A stretch of DNA of 64,000 nucleotides. Source: the human T2T-CHM13v2.0 reference genome, Homo sapiens. A model generated the notes under the pieces. That model saw nothing but the letters and a program-made list of their open reading frames with translations, did not search any database and was not told where the DNA came from. The stretch lies in assembly GCF_009914755.1 (NCBI RefSeq), contig NC_060927.1. One strand, 5' to 3'. Shown one piece after another: positions 1 through 13,732 of the stretch; position 1 is the first letter of the stretch, and every line of letters starts with the position of its first letter. The position numbers and the translations under genes were made by a program.

Positions 1-14
1 CTCATCTCTCGTTG

Positions 15-670
15 GTCTTACCACTCCTTCCATGGCAGCCACATCAGATGGGTTCTGGCTGGTCGCGGTGCTCCATGGACGCCTCCTGCTTTCCTGCCAC
101 TTGGGCCTTGGCTGAGATGTCTTAAAAAATTTTTTAAACTCATCAGAATTTGATGGCCTCTATTTGGCCTATCTCTGCCACACATTCAAATCTTTCACAT
201 CCCTCAAAACCCAGCTTCAATGCCATCTCCTCTATTTAGATGTCACTTCTTTCTCTTTCAGTCTCAGTACACCCAGCCAGCCTTGGGTTATGCCATTTTT
301 GTGCTTGCTAGATCCCTCTTATGCCATAGAGATTTCTCTGTGGATACAAACTCTGCTGTTGATCTCAATACTGATGGCTAAGGTATATCATAATACATCA
401 TAAATACATCCTGGTTTGCCATCTCAGTTTATGACTTTGTCTTGGTATAATATAAAATGTACCTTACGGCTAAGGTACATCATAAGGTACATCATAATAC
501 ATCCTGATTTGCCATCTCAGTTTATGACTCTGTCTTGGTATAATTAGTTATTAATAGGTCCCTCCTTCACCTTGAAGTTTTTGGGTTTGGATGATAAATT
601 ATACAGTCACCTTACTGAGGGTCTCTATCCAAGTACATGGTACATTAGCAGGGGCTCAGTAAATGTGGCA
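15..670 (+). mobile_element. Degraded L2 LINE 3' region
   Basis: L2-like phrases such as cccagcttcaatgccatctcctct and a 3' terminus ...ggtacattagcaggggctcagtaaatg. Boundaries approximate. Confidence 0.5.
376..544. repeat. Imperfect tandem duplication (~76-bp copies) with a hairpin junction
   Basis: ggctaagg...gccatctcagtttatgact(t/c)tgtcttggtataat occurs at 376-451 and 468-544. The junction reads ATGTACCTTA-cggc-TAAGGTACAT. Confidence 0.9.
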
Positions 671-1026
671 AAGTACCTTAAAGGGCATTTAAAGGATCTT
701 TTATACCCAGGTCACTGGGGCTCTCAGCCCTACCCTTTTCACTCCTTTTCTGGAGGCAGGCTACCATTTGTTCCTCTTCTCTCAAGGACTGCAGAATGAC
801 CTATGACCACTTTCTTTTTGACAAGCCTTTCCAGGATTTCAAAATGCTCTGACCCAACAAGAGAAATCACTTACCACAATCCTACCCCTTCTTCTCAGCC
901 CCTAAACAGTAGAACAGCCACTGGATATTGGAAATAGGTATCAGACACTAGAGAAGGTCAGAACACAGCTGGTGCGATATATCATTTCCAGCCTCAACTG
1001 GACTTTTGGCCTTGCCCAATTTCTTT

Positions 1027-1443
<417 letters not shown>

Positions 1444-1639
1444 TAAACTATGTAGTTAACATTCTAGGTTCTGTTCAGAGGTCAGAAAAGATAAGGTCTC
1501 TTGTGCTTTTTCATCATAATAAAAAACTTACTCAAAAGTCAGCCTGTTGGGGTGAGTGTTTGTTGACTTTTTAAACAAGATATCAAGCATTTGGAAGTAA
1601 CAGAGGCAATACGCCCAGCCGTGTGAATGGAGCTCTAGC

Positions 1640-2370
1640 TTCAGCATCAGGAAGCCTGGGTCGACGTCTCCTCCTCTGACTCATTGCTTGCTGAAACATG
1701 AATCATATGCCCTTTCTCAGCACTGGGTCTCACTTCCTTCATCTCCCCTATAAAATGGGCGTATTTGCCATTCCTACCACACAGGAGGGGGCTGAGGCTT
1801 TCAGAGTCCTTGCTAATTACACACAAAAATATTATTAAAAGTAAAAATAAGCCATAGTGTGATTTTGACGCTCTGAAGAGGCACACGTGGAGGGTATGCG
1901 AAGCCATTTTATGACCTTGCTTCGTTTCTGGACATCCCAGTTCACTGAGAACAGGCTCTCAGAACGTGGGAATGGGCAGGAGAATCCATGTTGAGATGGA
2001 GATGCGAATGAGTCTGGTCTGTTTACGTGGGAGCAGGAGACCTTTGAGGAGATCACTCGCCAGCAATCAAGAAGAAGAACATGGAGACTGGGATGGAAAC
2101 CCAAATAAGGCTATTCTGTGGAGGGCTCTGATGCCAAGGCTGGGGTGTTTGGACTCCCTTGAGGGTTATGGGAGATCAGTGGAGGTGACTGAGCAGGAGC
2201 ATGGCACGACCCACAGTGTGTTTCAGTGAGACACTGTTTCATGGAGGGGCAGAAATGGGAGCTGGGGTCTGTCACCTTGTAAGCAAATGGCAGCTCCCCT
2301 CTGTCTGAGCTTCAGTTTCTCATCTGTTAAATAGATGGGTTAAACAGCAAATTGGTCTAATATGCTGTGA
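1640..2370. mobile_element. MIR and L2 fragments
   Basis: MIR core phrases (cttcagtttctcatctgttaaat; tataaaatggg) with an L2-like purine-rich segment between them. Confidence 0.45.
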
Positions 2371-2666
2371 TTCTATACTAAAGAACATGAGGAAACAGCT
2401 TGTACATATTGACGTGTGTGTGTGGAGGGTGTGTGTGTGTTTGGGTCAGGGGAAGAGGTGGGAATGCGGTAACTGCTTTGTTAGACACAAAGCCAAGTCC
2501 AGAGACCTTGTTCTTTAGGGAGGAAGCCTGAGCAGCCTCACGATCTCTAGCAGGTCTGAAGAACTTTCTGGGTATCTTTCTTTAGGCCACAGCACAGCAC
2601 ATCTGCACTTTAGGGCCTGGCCAGCGACCTCTGTCTAGACGTGTCTGCTGTCTACTTCCTAGTTCA

Positions 2667-3030
<364 letters not shown>

Positions 3031-4585
3031 CTAGCTATTTCTCAAGATATTTCAAATCTGTCTGTATCTTCCTATTAAATTTTCAGGAAGTTTTATATCA
3101 ATGAGGACTACATGGCTTGGAGGCCCCAGAACTCTATCTTCAAAGTACAACTTGATAGTACACCTCCGACACTTACCAAGGTTTGCTGTAACATTGGTAC
3201 ATAGAAGAGCCTTTATTATAATGGTGTTATAAAGATAGCATCTGTTAAGTTGCTTTATATAAAGTTTCAGATGGAAAATTCATCAGTGAACTTATATAGT
3301 AAAAAAAAAATCATTAAAAATTTGGGTGGGTCTACTTAGGTTTAAGTATAACTGCATTTGTGCTCCTGTTTTATAGTTGGGTTTAAAAATACTTGTGATT
3401 TTTATTATAAGCTTCCTCATATATCTTTTCAAGTAGGTTTATGTAAATAAGTAAGTAAATAAATAAATAAATAAAGGTTCACTTGGACCCAAGTTAGTGC
3501 ACGAAATGAAGAAATAAATCCACTTACGAATGGTGAACTGACTGAAGCCCTCCTAAGATGTTAGTTCAGGCAAAAGATCCAAATTTCAGAGCATCACAAG
3601 AGACAGCAGATTCCACTGAAACTATTACCTTACTGCTCCTATATATGAGGTGAAGTTTTGTGTGAGAAGGATCAAAGAGATTGTGATCATCTCTAAGCAG
3701 TGCAAAAATCTAGTGATGAGCAGGAGGAGAAAATCTAAATAGTTCTGGTAGAGATATAGGGATTAGTAAGTGAGGAGGTTATATGCTGGAGGTTACATTT
3801 AGCCTATAAAAACACCATAATCCAGGTTTATTCTACCAATTACTGTGTGGCCTTGAGATCTACATTTTAGCATTTACTAAATGATAGGGAAGAGCAGTTG
3901 AGCTCTTAAGCTTCTTCTAGTGCTCGCTTTCTATTTGCCCCAAAGTCAGTCTACACTGAGTGACTGATCAAACTCCACTTCCACCTTGGATTCCATAAAC
4001 CAGCTAAGAAATAGATACTCTCTTCCTCACCCTTAGCCCCACACCACACCCCCACTGCTCATGACTGGAGGGCATATGTCGATTGGAGGGAAGGATGCGA
4101 CTGGAAGTCTCTGAGAAGAGCTCTTCTCTTCCCTCAGGGACATGTCTATTCACTGAAGAATGACATAATAAATGGTCAGCTACCTTTAACCTGCCTTCCA
4201 TGGATTCCCTGAGGAAAAATTAAATTACTGTTCTAATATGCTACAAACGCACAGACTCAAAATGTAAAATATGAAATGAATCTGACAGGTTATGTGGTTT
4301 AGCTCCCACACTTGATGGACAGAGAAACTGAGGCTTGAAGAGACGCACCCAAGGAACCTGGCCAAAGACACAGAGACAAGAAGTCTTGGAGCTAGGGCTA
4401 CAGCCCAGATCTCCACTGCTCCTTGGTGCTCTTTGTTTTTTTTTTTTTTTTTTTGCTACAAGTTGGAGCTCAGTCCCTGGGTTGCAATGGATAAATCTTT
4501 TGCTAGGCAACCCAGTTGCTAAGCTTTGCTCACATCATTCTTGAGCTCAAAAACCTTTATGGATTTCAGCTATTCATTCCTAGTA

Positions 4586-4922
4586 TAGTCATCCTTTGGT
4601 ATCCTTGAGGGATTGGTTCCAGAATCTTCTGAGGATACCAAAATCCAGGGATGCTCAAGTATCTCATATAAAATGGTGTAGTATTTGCATATAACCTACG
4701 CACATCCTCCTATATGCTTTAAATCATTGCTAGATTACTCATAATAATACAGTGTAAATGCTATGTCAATCGTTGTTATACTGTACTATTTAGGGAAGAA
4801 TGACAAGAAAATCTCTACATGTTCAGTACAAATGCAACCTTCCATTTATTTTTCCAAATATTTTTCATCGACACTTGGTTGAATTCATGGATGTGGAACC
4901 TATGGATACAAAGGGCCAATTG
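4586..4922. mobile_element. MER2 (TcMar-Tigger non-autonomous DNA transposon)
   Basis: Termini tagtcatcctttggtatcc...ggatacaaagggccaattg form degenerate TIRs flanked by TA. Internal gattggttccag and ggataccaaaatcc match MER2. Confidence 0.9.
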
Positions 4923-7900
4923 TACAAGATTCATTTTGTGTCATTATTTGGGCTCTGCCCATGATATTGCTACTACTTTTTAAAAAAATTTATGAATTCC
5001 CTTCTGGAAGACGAGGTAGAAAGTAGACAGGCGATTTTGCTAAGCAGTTTTGACATCTCTCACACACACCTATTTTGGCTAACCTTTTCCTGATTTCTCA
5101 GTCCTCAGTAGCTCCTCTGTGCACGTGCCCAGATGTCACATTTCTTAACTTATTTTCTATTTCTTGAGGATAATTTAGTCACTTTTTTCTCTACAGTAAG
5201 CAGAGAAGGTAGAGCTGGAAAATGGGGTCTTCATCAGAGTTTAACTAGACTATGAATAGAATTCTGTAAGGCACGGACCAATGAGCTGTCTTTTAGGTCA
5301 GTCCAGAAGGACTCAGATTCACACCAAACTTAAGTGGCTGGTGAATGAGGCTCAGATTGTCCTCCCAGTTTCCCACTGCCATCCCCAATCCTGCTCCAAG
5401 AGCGCCCTCTGCTGGAATGGAGCAGGAGCCAACATCCTCAGCCATCTTGGAAGTGGGGCCAACTGGAACTCTGAAAGGATGAAAAGTACCTCTGTTTAAA
5501 TACAAGCTCCAAATAAGACAGATCAAGTCTACAATGTCTTCTTGACTTTTATTTCTCATTCCTTCTATTTCCATTTCTTTGACAACTTTTCTTAAGAGGA
5601 TCACGATGTGGTGAAAAAATAGAATTTAAAGAGGGGAAATGTAATCCAGTGAAATGGGCATAAAACTAAGAATTCTGCCTTCTTTGAGAGGTTTAATTGC
5701 TGGGTTACAAAGAGTAATTTCTTGGAATAACTCAGTTTCTAGTCTCAGATTGTAATTACTCCTTCAGTTAGAAACCTTCTTCCATTCATTGCCTGCTAAA
5801 TTAAGTCAACATTCTTTACTTAGCTTTCAAGGTATATTTGTATATGAATTTACAAATTCATAATATGTTATTTAGTTTGTACTTCATTTATCAAAGCTAA
5901 TAGTATCTTTACTTTAAAAAAATTTTACTCTGATCTACTTTTTAGAAATTGAAAAGATATTGAAAACTTTAAAAGTACATTTGAATACCAAAGTCATATG
6001 TTTCACATTAAAAATCATGCTCAGCACTTAATCTGCTTATAATTTTGAACAAGTGGAAGACCCTGATTAAATAATTAGCTTTTGAACAGAAACAATAATT
6101 GATAGGTTGAATTCTATCTTTAGCACTGATGTTAGTCCTAACTTGTTGTTTAGGATTGAGACAAGGTAAAGCGACATAAAAGATTTGGGGGAGTTGATAT
6201 AACCTTTAAAGTGTCATTTAGTCAAAGGAAGAAACAGTAGCTAGGAATATACCTATTGAATAAACATAGCAATATGGTAGATTCTAGTCCTAGACCCCTG
6301 TTTTACAGCTAGAATTATGCCAAAAAGTTGAAAAGTAAAGCTGGATGAAACCTTAGAGAAGACTCCGCCATCTTATAACTCAGATGGTGAAATGAGACCC
6401 AGAAAGAATAGTCTTCCCAAAGGCTCACGGTCAGTTATTATAGGAGCCTCATTTGGAATTTGAGTCATCCAATTCTCAATCCACTGTTCTTACCACTACC
6501 CAACACTACCTTTGTTTAACTGTCTTTCTTGCATAAAAAGGGACTTATAGGTGAGAGATTCTATAGTGCCATTGGGAGCTGCTGCCTGAATCTCCGTGTA
6601 ATTTCAAAGAGTTTCCTAACTCAGACCCTGTCCCATTTCACTGTATCCTTAAGAGGCTGAGAAACGGGGCATTCAGATTCTTTCCCCATGCTGACTCTTC
6701 ATTCTGTTTACACATGGGCCGGCCAGATGCTAGAGAAAAAAAAACAAACATTTGCAGCTGTTATCAGGGGTAGGATAGAGCACATGAGGTTCCCAAGTTT
6801 TGATCCAACACATCAGAACACACTTGATTTTTACTCTGGCTTGGAGTTTACTGCCTTCAGCTTCTTCTACAAAGCCTGAATGTTGCCATTTCATGTCAAA
6901 ACCTGCACTGAGAGATGCCGATGGCTTCTTGAGCTAACTTCAGCCCATCACCGCAGTGGTCTAGATGACCAAGGAAGTGACTGCTTCATTACAGCTTGAG
7001 GGGACCCTCTTTCTTCATCCCCCACTTTCACTTTTTTTTTTTTTTTAAATGAAAAGGCCGATGGTTCTCCCAAGTAGCCAGAGGCCAGCAGGAGCACTAA
7101 GTAAGAGACAGCAAGAAGTGTTCTTAGTGAGAACAATGTGGACTTTGGAGTTATGTAAAACCCAATTTTAATCCTGGCCCAGCCATTGACTGGCAGTTTG
7201 ATTTTGAGTTATTTAAGTTGGAACCTTATTTTTCTTGCTTATTTATTGAACTATTAATTGAAAAAGTGATTCTAGTCCTAGACCCCTATTTGACAGCTAG
7301 AGAAATGAGACATGAACTGATACATGCTCAGATAAATACATTTCTTACTCAGAGGATAATAGTCAATGATTAATAGTTTCCACTGAGACATCACAAATAA
7401 GAAATAGATTGAAATTACATTTGAAGGATCTAGGTTAGATATCAAAAACTTCCTTGGAAGGGAGCATCATGAAACCTCTATTTCTTAGAAATCTTTAAGA
7501 ATATAATAGTCACACATGTTGAATGAGTTTAAATGAAGCATTACTTACCAGGATAGACGACCTCTCTAGTTTTTCCCCAGTTAAAAAATCCAAGACTTGG
7601 GTTCCTTCTTTCAAGAGGAGTAATGTAAAAAGTCTGACCCCTAGTGGTCATCGTCTCTGCATTGGACCTAAGGGAAAAAGGCCAAAAAGAATGATAACAA
7701 CCAGACTTTGTTTTGGAATTAAAAACGAACCTTAGAAATGTGAGAGTCAAATTGTCTAATTCTAAAACAAGGGAACTTAGACCAAATGACTACAAATATT
7801 TCCCCAACACCAGCGACTCTGGAGTAAAGCTTGTTATGGAACTCAGGACCTTTTGCTGGTGCTCTGGGTTCAAGATCCAATCGCTTCATCTTCCAGAGTC

Positions 7901-8279
7901 TCCCACCTGGAATCAGCCTCTTGGTGACATAGAAACAGCAGGTATATGCTGATTCGACTTTCAGGGCACAGGATTCAGTCCGCATTCTTTCCTTTTCTTT
8001 CGTGATGAGGAGCACTTAATTGTTCAGTAGATGTAACTCTCTCTCAGGTAACCAACCTAAGTTCTCCATTCCCTTTGTACATTCTGACAGATGCTCATAG
8101 CATGCTAAGTGCTCATGGGTGGTAGGCTGCTTTCTAGTTTCCTGATGTCTGTCTTCTCCCATTAATCAAATCTGATGCATACAAAGAACCAGCTGATTTT
8201 TTCCTCAAACCCGTTTATGCTACTTTTATTAGTAAATGCAATTATATAATTTAAATATTATGCAAATAGATGAAATATA

Positions 8280-8615
8280 AGTATAAAAATAAAGAGACTG
8301 TGTCCATAAAAATTAAATTGATTGCTTTGGAAAGGCTCAAGAGGGAAGAATTGCTGAAAAAATGATCTAAAATTAGTTTGTGGATGAGATAACTGTAGAA
8401 GAATAACACAAAGATTAAAATCCAGAATAATTGTGCAAGTTTCTAAGGTTTTTATCTGCTACAAAGAACAAAAGAAAAGAAAACAAAAACAAAAATACCT
8501 GAAACTTCAACTAATAGAGGATGCATGATGGGAGTGATTTATTCAAGAAAAATGAGATGGAGCTTCACAAATGGAAAATGTGCACTTAAAGAGAGGCCTT
8601 GGCTCTACCTACTGG
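8280..8615 (+). mobile_element. Degraded Tigger-type transposase N-terminal (CENP-B-like HTH) relic
   Basis: Broken translation VSIKIKLIALERLKREELLKK...VDEITV...IEDA*WE*FIQEK...LKERPWL resembles the Tigger/pogo DNA-binding domain. Contains stops and frameshifts. Confidence 0.6.
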
Positions 8616-9079
8616 CAAGTGAAAGTCTTAAGTTAAAATATATGTATTTATATGATTCCTAGCTTTAGCCAAAATTTCTGATTAGCTGACACTGAACTGT
8701 AATAGGTGAAAGTATTTCTTTAGTATTAAGATTCAGATATCAGAGTGAGATCCAGGAAAACTGGTTTACTTAATATCTCCTGAGTGCTAATCTCCTGAGG
8801 ATTTGGTCTTTCAACAATTCCTGTAAGATCCGTTTTTATTTCCATAAGTCTCCTTTTTGCAGGCACTTTCCGCAGATCCTTTTCCCCTTGACAGTAAGTA
8901 AGCTTTGTCTCTGAACTAGGCCCCAAGAATTCAGCTTTCAAACCCTCTGTTAAATTAATGTTTGTTCACTTTAGCAATTCAGTAATAGTCACTCAGGATC
9001 TAGAACAAGATCCAATGTTTGATGTCTTAAGATTTGAACAGTGTAGGGCCATATGTGGACACTATCAATATTACATCTT

Positions 9080-9600
9080 GCTTTTTCAAAATGTAAAAGC
9101 CATAAACATGGACACACTCGTTGTAGCCTTGTCTTCTGGGGAATGCATGTTATAGAAATAATATGCTGTGCAAAGATGTTCATTGCAGCATTATGTGTAA
9201 TAGCAAATACACTAGAAGCAACTTAAATATTTAGCAACAAGGTAATCATTTTATTGTGATATTTTAGCCAAATACACTAGAAGCAACTTAAATATTTAGC
9301 AACAAGGTAATCATTTTATTGTGATATTTTGGCCAAGTATCATTTGGTGGTTATTGCTCGTCACTCATGTAGTAATTACAATGACTCTGTTGGAATGAAG
9401 GAAAAAAGTCCAAAAAAATAAGAACAGGCCAGACTTTGTTTTTGGAATTAGAAATGAACCTTGAAAATTTCATAGTCAAATTCTGTAATTCTAAAATATA
9501 ACTATTATCAATAAGGAAAATTGTTCATGATAGTATTTTAAGTGAAGAAAGAAAAATACAAAATGGAATGAACTTCACAATTACCAACTTTGTAAATAAA
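9080..9600 (+). mobile_element. Old L1M ORF2-end/3'UTR fragment, interrupted by duplications
   Basis: caaagatgttcattgcagcattatgtgtaatagcaaa is typical of the L1 ORF2 C-terminus (MFIAAL). Confidence 0.6.
9204..9336. repeat. 65-bp tandem duplication, 2 copies, 1 mismatch
   Basis: caaatacactagaagcaac...gtgatatttt(a/g)gc at 9204-9268 and 9269-9333. Confidence 0.97.
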
Positions 9601-9879
9601 GGTATGAAATGTATGAACGGGGAAAGATTTAAGGCTTTACCTTTTGCTAATTTTTCTTTTCTGTTTTATTCTTTCGATGATTGTAAAACCCCACATTATG
9701 CAATAATTCACCAGTTTTTCAACACTGGCATCCTGGGAGGCCTTGAGGTGCCTGGGATTTGACTTAAAGTTGGCTAGAACCACAGGATCACCCCTCTAGA
9801 GGAGTGAGGATTAGGCAAGAGCTCACTCAATTATAGGTGGACTGGGTTGGAAAGTACCTTTGAGATCATTAAGATGAAT

Positions 9880-10060
9880 TATACCACTTAAAAGCAATTT
9901 GATCTTGAATAAGTTACTTGTCTTTGCTAAACCTCAGTTTCCTTACCTGAAAAGTGGCATAATAAAAGTATCTGTGCCTGAGTTTTGTGGTGAGGTTTAA
10001 ATGATATAAATGCAGTAGATGGCACAGAGTAAGCTCTCAGTACATGTTAGTTATTGATAT
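9880..10060 (+). mobile_element. MIR
   Basis: Core aacctcagtttccttacctgaaaagtggcataataa...gtgaggtttaaatga. Confidence 0.75.
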
Positions 10061-10554
10061 CACAGAAGCCAGTGGTTGAGCCAGGGCCAGAATTCACTTT
10101 TTTCAACTTCCTTACTGGGGCTTTTTCTGTCACACTATGTCATAGATCTTTCATCTTTACCCAGACTAAAATCCTTTGCTTTCGTGAGCACCGGGTAAGA
10201 GAAAGCTTATTCCGATAATACTGAGGATACTGTGACTTTACATAACTCTTGTCTATCAGGTGACCAATAGCATACACTATAGTCAGAACTACCTGTTAAA
10301 ATGGCCAGAGATATCATAAGGAAAGGGTGCCTACTGAACTGAAAGCATGCCTTAAATAAGACAGAACTGGGCTCAACTTCTACAACAGTGTATGTCCTGC
10401 TCGAGTTCTTATTCTGCATTTGTTTTTATGAGCCTCAGTTTTCTTATTGGATAAATGAAAATCATTCTTCTTATACGGATGAAATATGAGTTGCCACATG
10501 TAAAATGCAATGCAATTCAAAGTAGTGATTTTTAAAAATTATTTTATTAAAAAA

Positions 10555-10790
10555 GTTATATTGTATGTTTTATGTGCTAGGCATTATTCCAAGGGATTTA
10601 TAACAATTAATTCATTGAATGGATTCCTTATAGCAATTCTATGAGGCAGGTACTATCATTATTGTTGCTTTACTCAGGGAGGCACAGGAATGTTGAGTAA
10701 CTTATCCAACATCACAGAAGTTGTGAGTGGTGGAGCTGAGGTTTGAACCTAGACATTCTGGCCACAGAATCCATGCACAGCCCTCATGCT
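10555..10790 (-). mobile_element. MIR
   Basis: ctatgaggcaggtactatcatt...gagtggtggagctgaggtttgaacctag. Confidence 0.75.
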
Positions 10791-12309
10791 GCCTTATTAT
10801 CACTGAAACAGCTTTGGCCTAAGAGAAACCAAAGTCAAATATAAATTCTAGAATCTGTTCTTCTTTCTTACAAGGTCCCATTCAGTTTAGTTCAGTCCCA
10901 TCCACGGCAATCTGATTCACTCCAATTCATTTCAGTTTAATTCATTTCAGCTCAAGAAATATTTTTTTGAATGTTTAGTTTGCATCAATAGCCACTGTGT
11001 TTGGCATTGTGAGGGAGGAGTAGGACCCAAGAAACTTGCAATTTGATGGGGAAGCATAAATCACATATAAAAATGATGGTGAAATATGCAGTGGAGAAGG
11101 CAGTTTCAAGAAAGAACTTCAAATCTGGAACTGTGAGGATCAGGGTCAGCGTGCTTTATCAAGTTTCTCCTCTCTACTGCTCATTGAATGAAAACTGACC
11201 CATTCGTGGGGTCAGACAGGGTCTCCTGGAACCACAGAGTGTGGGTAGAGGACAAGTTGAAACATAGGTACTCTGGACTCCTGAAAAGCAGAGGATCTTA
11301 GACTGGGCTTATGTCTTCAACAGTGAGACCATTGCCCTCTGTCTAGTTCCAGCCGGAGTGGCTGACAGCCTCCGGCTGCCATTTTAAGCTAAGATGAAGC
11401 CATTTCAGTGGCCTGGTATATATGATTCTTCGTTCTCCCTCTCTTACTAAGCTTTTCGAGGAAAATCTGCCTATTGATGTGGGATTTTCTATTTTTTGAT
11501 TATTAAAGGAGGCAGTTTATATACAACATCTTGCACAGGTCCGACCCATCGTTAGTGCATGTAAGGGGGCAAATGTTACCCTAAACCTTTGTAATCTGAC
11601 CACATCCCCTAGTCAAATGGCTCACAAGCCTGACTGTGTATGACAGTCATTTTCCTCTTTTAGGGAGCTCTATATTCCTGTTCCAGGATGAAAACCGGGA
11701 AAACCCAGCCAAAGCATCTAAGATCATGCTCTTGCTTGTTTAGTGGCCACACTGCATGGAATTTGAGTATTCCCCATGGGTAAACTGCTCCCTTACACAA
11801 CACCTTTGACGTTACACTATTAAAAAGGCTTGCATATTAAAATTTGAGGCATGTGTAAATACCTCATAATTAACTGCTGTCTATTTAACCAGACAGCTCT
11901 AGCAAGTTAATTTGATGTCTGTTATGAGACTTAATAATTGTCAGTGATTTTTTTAAACAATTTACTGGTATAATCATTAACTACTCCTAGATTATCTTGT
12001 CAAATTGATAATTAAATGGCTCAAAAATTCATTACAGAGTTAGTATATTAATGGGAATGTAATTAAATAATGTTTGCTTATGTAATCTAGAGTTTATTAC
12101 CTGTACACTTATTTATTTTTTCTATACTTTATTAAATCTTCTAGAGGCCTTTTCAAAATTGATAGAAAACCAAGAGTCAATAAATGTCTTATTAGATCCA
12201 AATAAGCCACTTAATCGAGATACTGAAATAAATATGGATTCTCCATATATGTGGAGAGGTAGGAGAAATCATTACTATCTCATATAGGATTATCTTTGGG
12301 AAAATAAAG

Positions 12310-12507
12310 TTCCTTTCCTTCCTTGTTCTGTTTCCTCCTGCTTCCCTTCTCCCTCCCTTCCTTCCATCCTTCCTTCCTTTCTTTCTTCCCCTCTCCTCTC
12401 TCTCCTTCTTTCTTTCTCTCCCTTCCACCTTCCATTTCTTTTTTCTCCCTCCCTTCTTCCTTTCCTCTTTTGGGGGAAAAAAAAAGAAAAGCTCTTTTCT
12501 TTCTTTC
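12310..12507. repeat. CT-rich (CTTC/CTTT) low-complexity tract at an L2 tail
   Basis: Polypyrimidine run directly followed by L2-like catttaagtgcctgctatttgctgg. Confidence 0.9.
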
Positions 12508-12509
12508 GT

Positions 12510-12940
12510 CAGACATTTAAGTGCCTGCTATTTGCTGGCCATCGTGTAAGATACTGAGGCTATAGAAGGCATGATTTTGGTCTAATGTAGTGAAGGAGAA
12601 AGACCTGTAAAAAATTGCAATGCAACATGCTTAATGCAACCCTAGAGGCCAGTACAAAGTGGTAAGGGAACACAGAGGAAGGAACAGCTATCTGTACTGG
12701 TAGTCAGGGAAGATTTCTCAGAGAGATTAACCTCTGTGCTTGCCAGAGAATAGGAGGTAGGAGTTTGCCAGGGGGAAAAAGTTAGAGAGGGGCATTCAAG
12801 GTAGAGGGAATAGTGTGTACAACAGCCTAGAGACAGAGAACATGAAGCATTCATGAGTGAGATGGAAAGGGATGAATTTTAAGCTGCTGAATGTCAAGAT
12901 CGGAGCCGTGCTTTTCGAAGGATAACCTTGGATGATAGAG
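12510..12940 (-). mobile_element. L2 fragment
   Basis: gggcattcaaggtagagggaatagtgtgtacaacagcctagag is typical L2. Confidence 0.7.
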
Positions 12941-13732
12941 TAGGGATTTCAGTAGCTCTCATTTATACAATTATGATGTTCCATGGCTTGTTCTGATATC
13001 CTTGAGTTCTCAAGATACGTGTACAAATTGCGGTTTGCCTGGCCCTGCCCTTTTCCACCCACCTGCCTTGTGGTGATCATAGTGTGGTCAGGGTTTTGGT
13101 TTTACAGGTTTCAGTGAATATCAGCGCCTTTGTCACCGTAAAGTTATTCATACTTGTCAGATTACATATTCAAATTTTGAGTTTGATAAATAAGATCACA
13201 ACATATTTCAACCTGGGTCACCTAAAAATACTAATACTTAGTTTAGTTATTCTCGGGCATGCTGTGATGTACCCAGGAGGAACAGAAATCAAACTCAAGG
13301 ATGTTTGGTTATATGAACAACTCTGGATAAAATGTAGAAGGGAATGGGCCTTAAATTAACGACTTTGTGAGTTTTCAAGCCCCTGGATAGAATCCAGCCT
13401 TTCATAACCTTCTTATCCTTCATGACTACTGAGATATGCAAGAGTCAGTAATAGTATTTTTGTTCCTTTCCAAGTGTCAATCACCATAAAAGTTACTGCC
13501 TACCTGGCATTGCTCCTGGCTAGATAGCTGGATGATTTTGGTGAGGAAGAAAAAAAAAGAGATACAAGGTAGAAATAAAACTGCACTCTAGAATTTAAAA
13601 TTATCTCGGCTATACTCAGCAAGTAGGAATGTGTTCAGAGTCTCTGGAGACGTTTTTTCATGATGCTTGGAAATCAATTTCATATCCTAATGCTGTTCTC
13701 AAGTTCAGGCTCATGGAAAAATCTGCTTGGAG

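Noticed and set aside
12192-12520. Lys/Glu/Arg-rich and Phe/Leu/Ser-rich ORFs
   Set aside because: They are translations of a CT-rich simple repeat.
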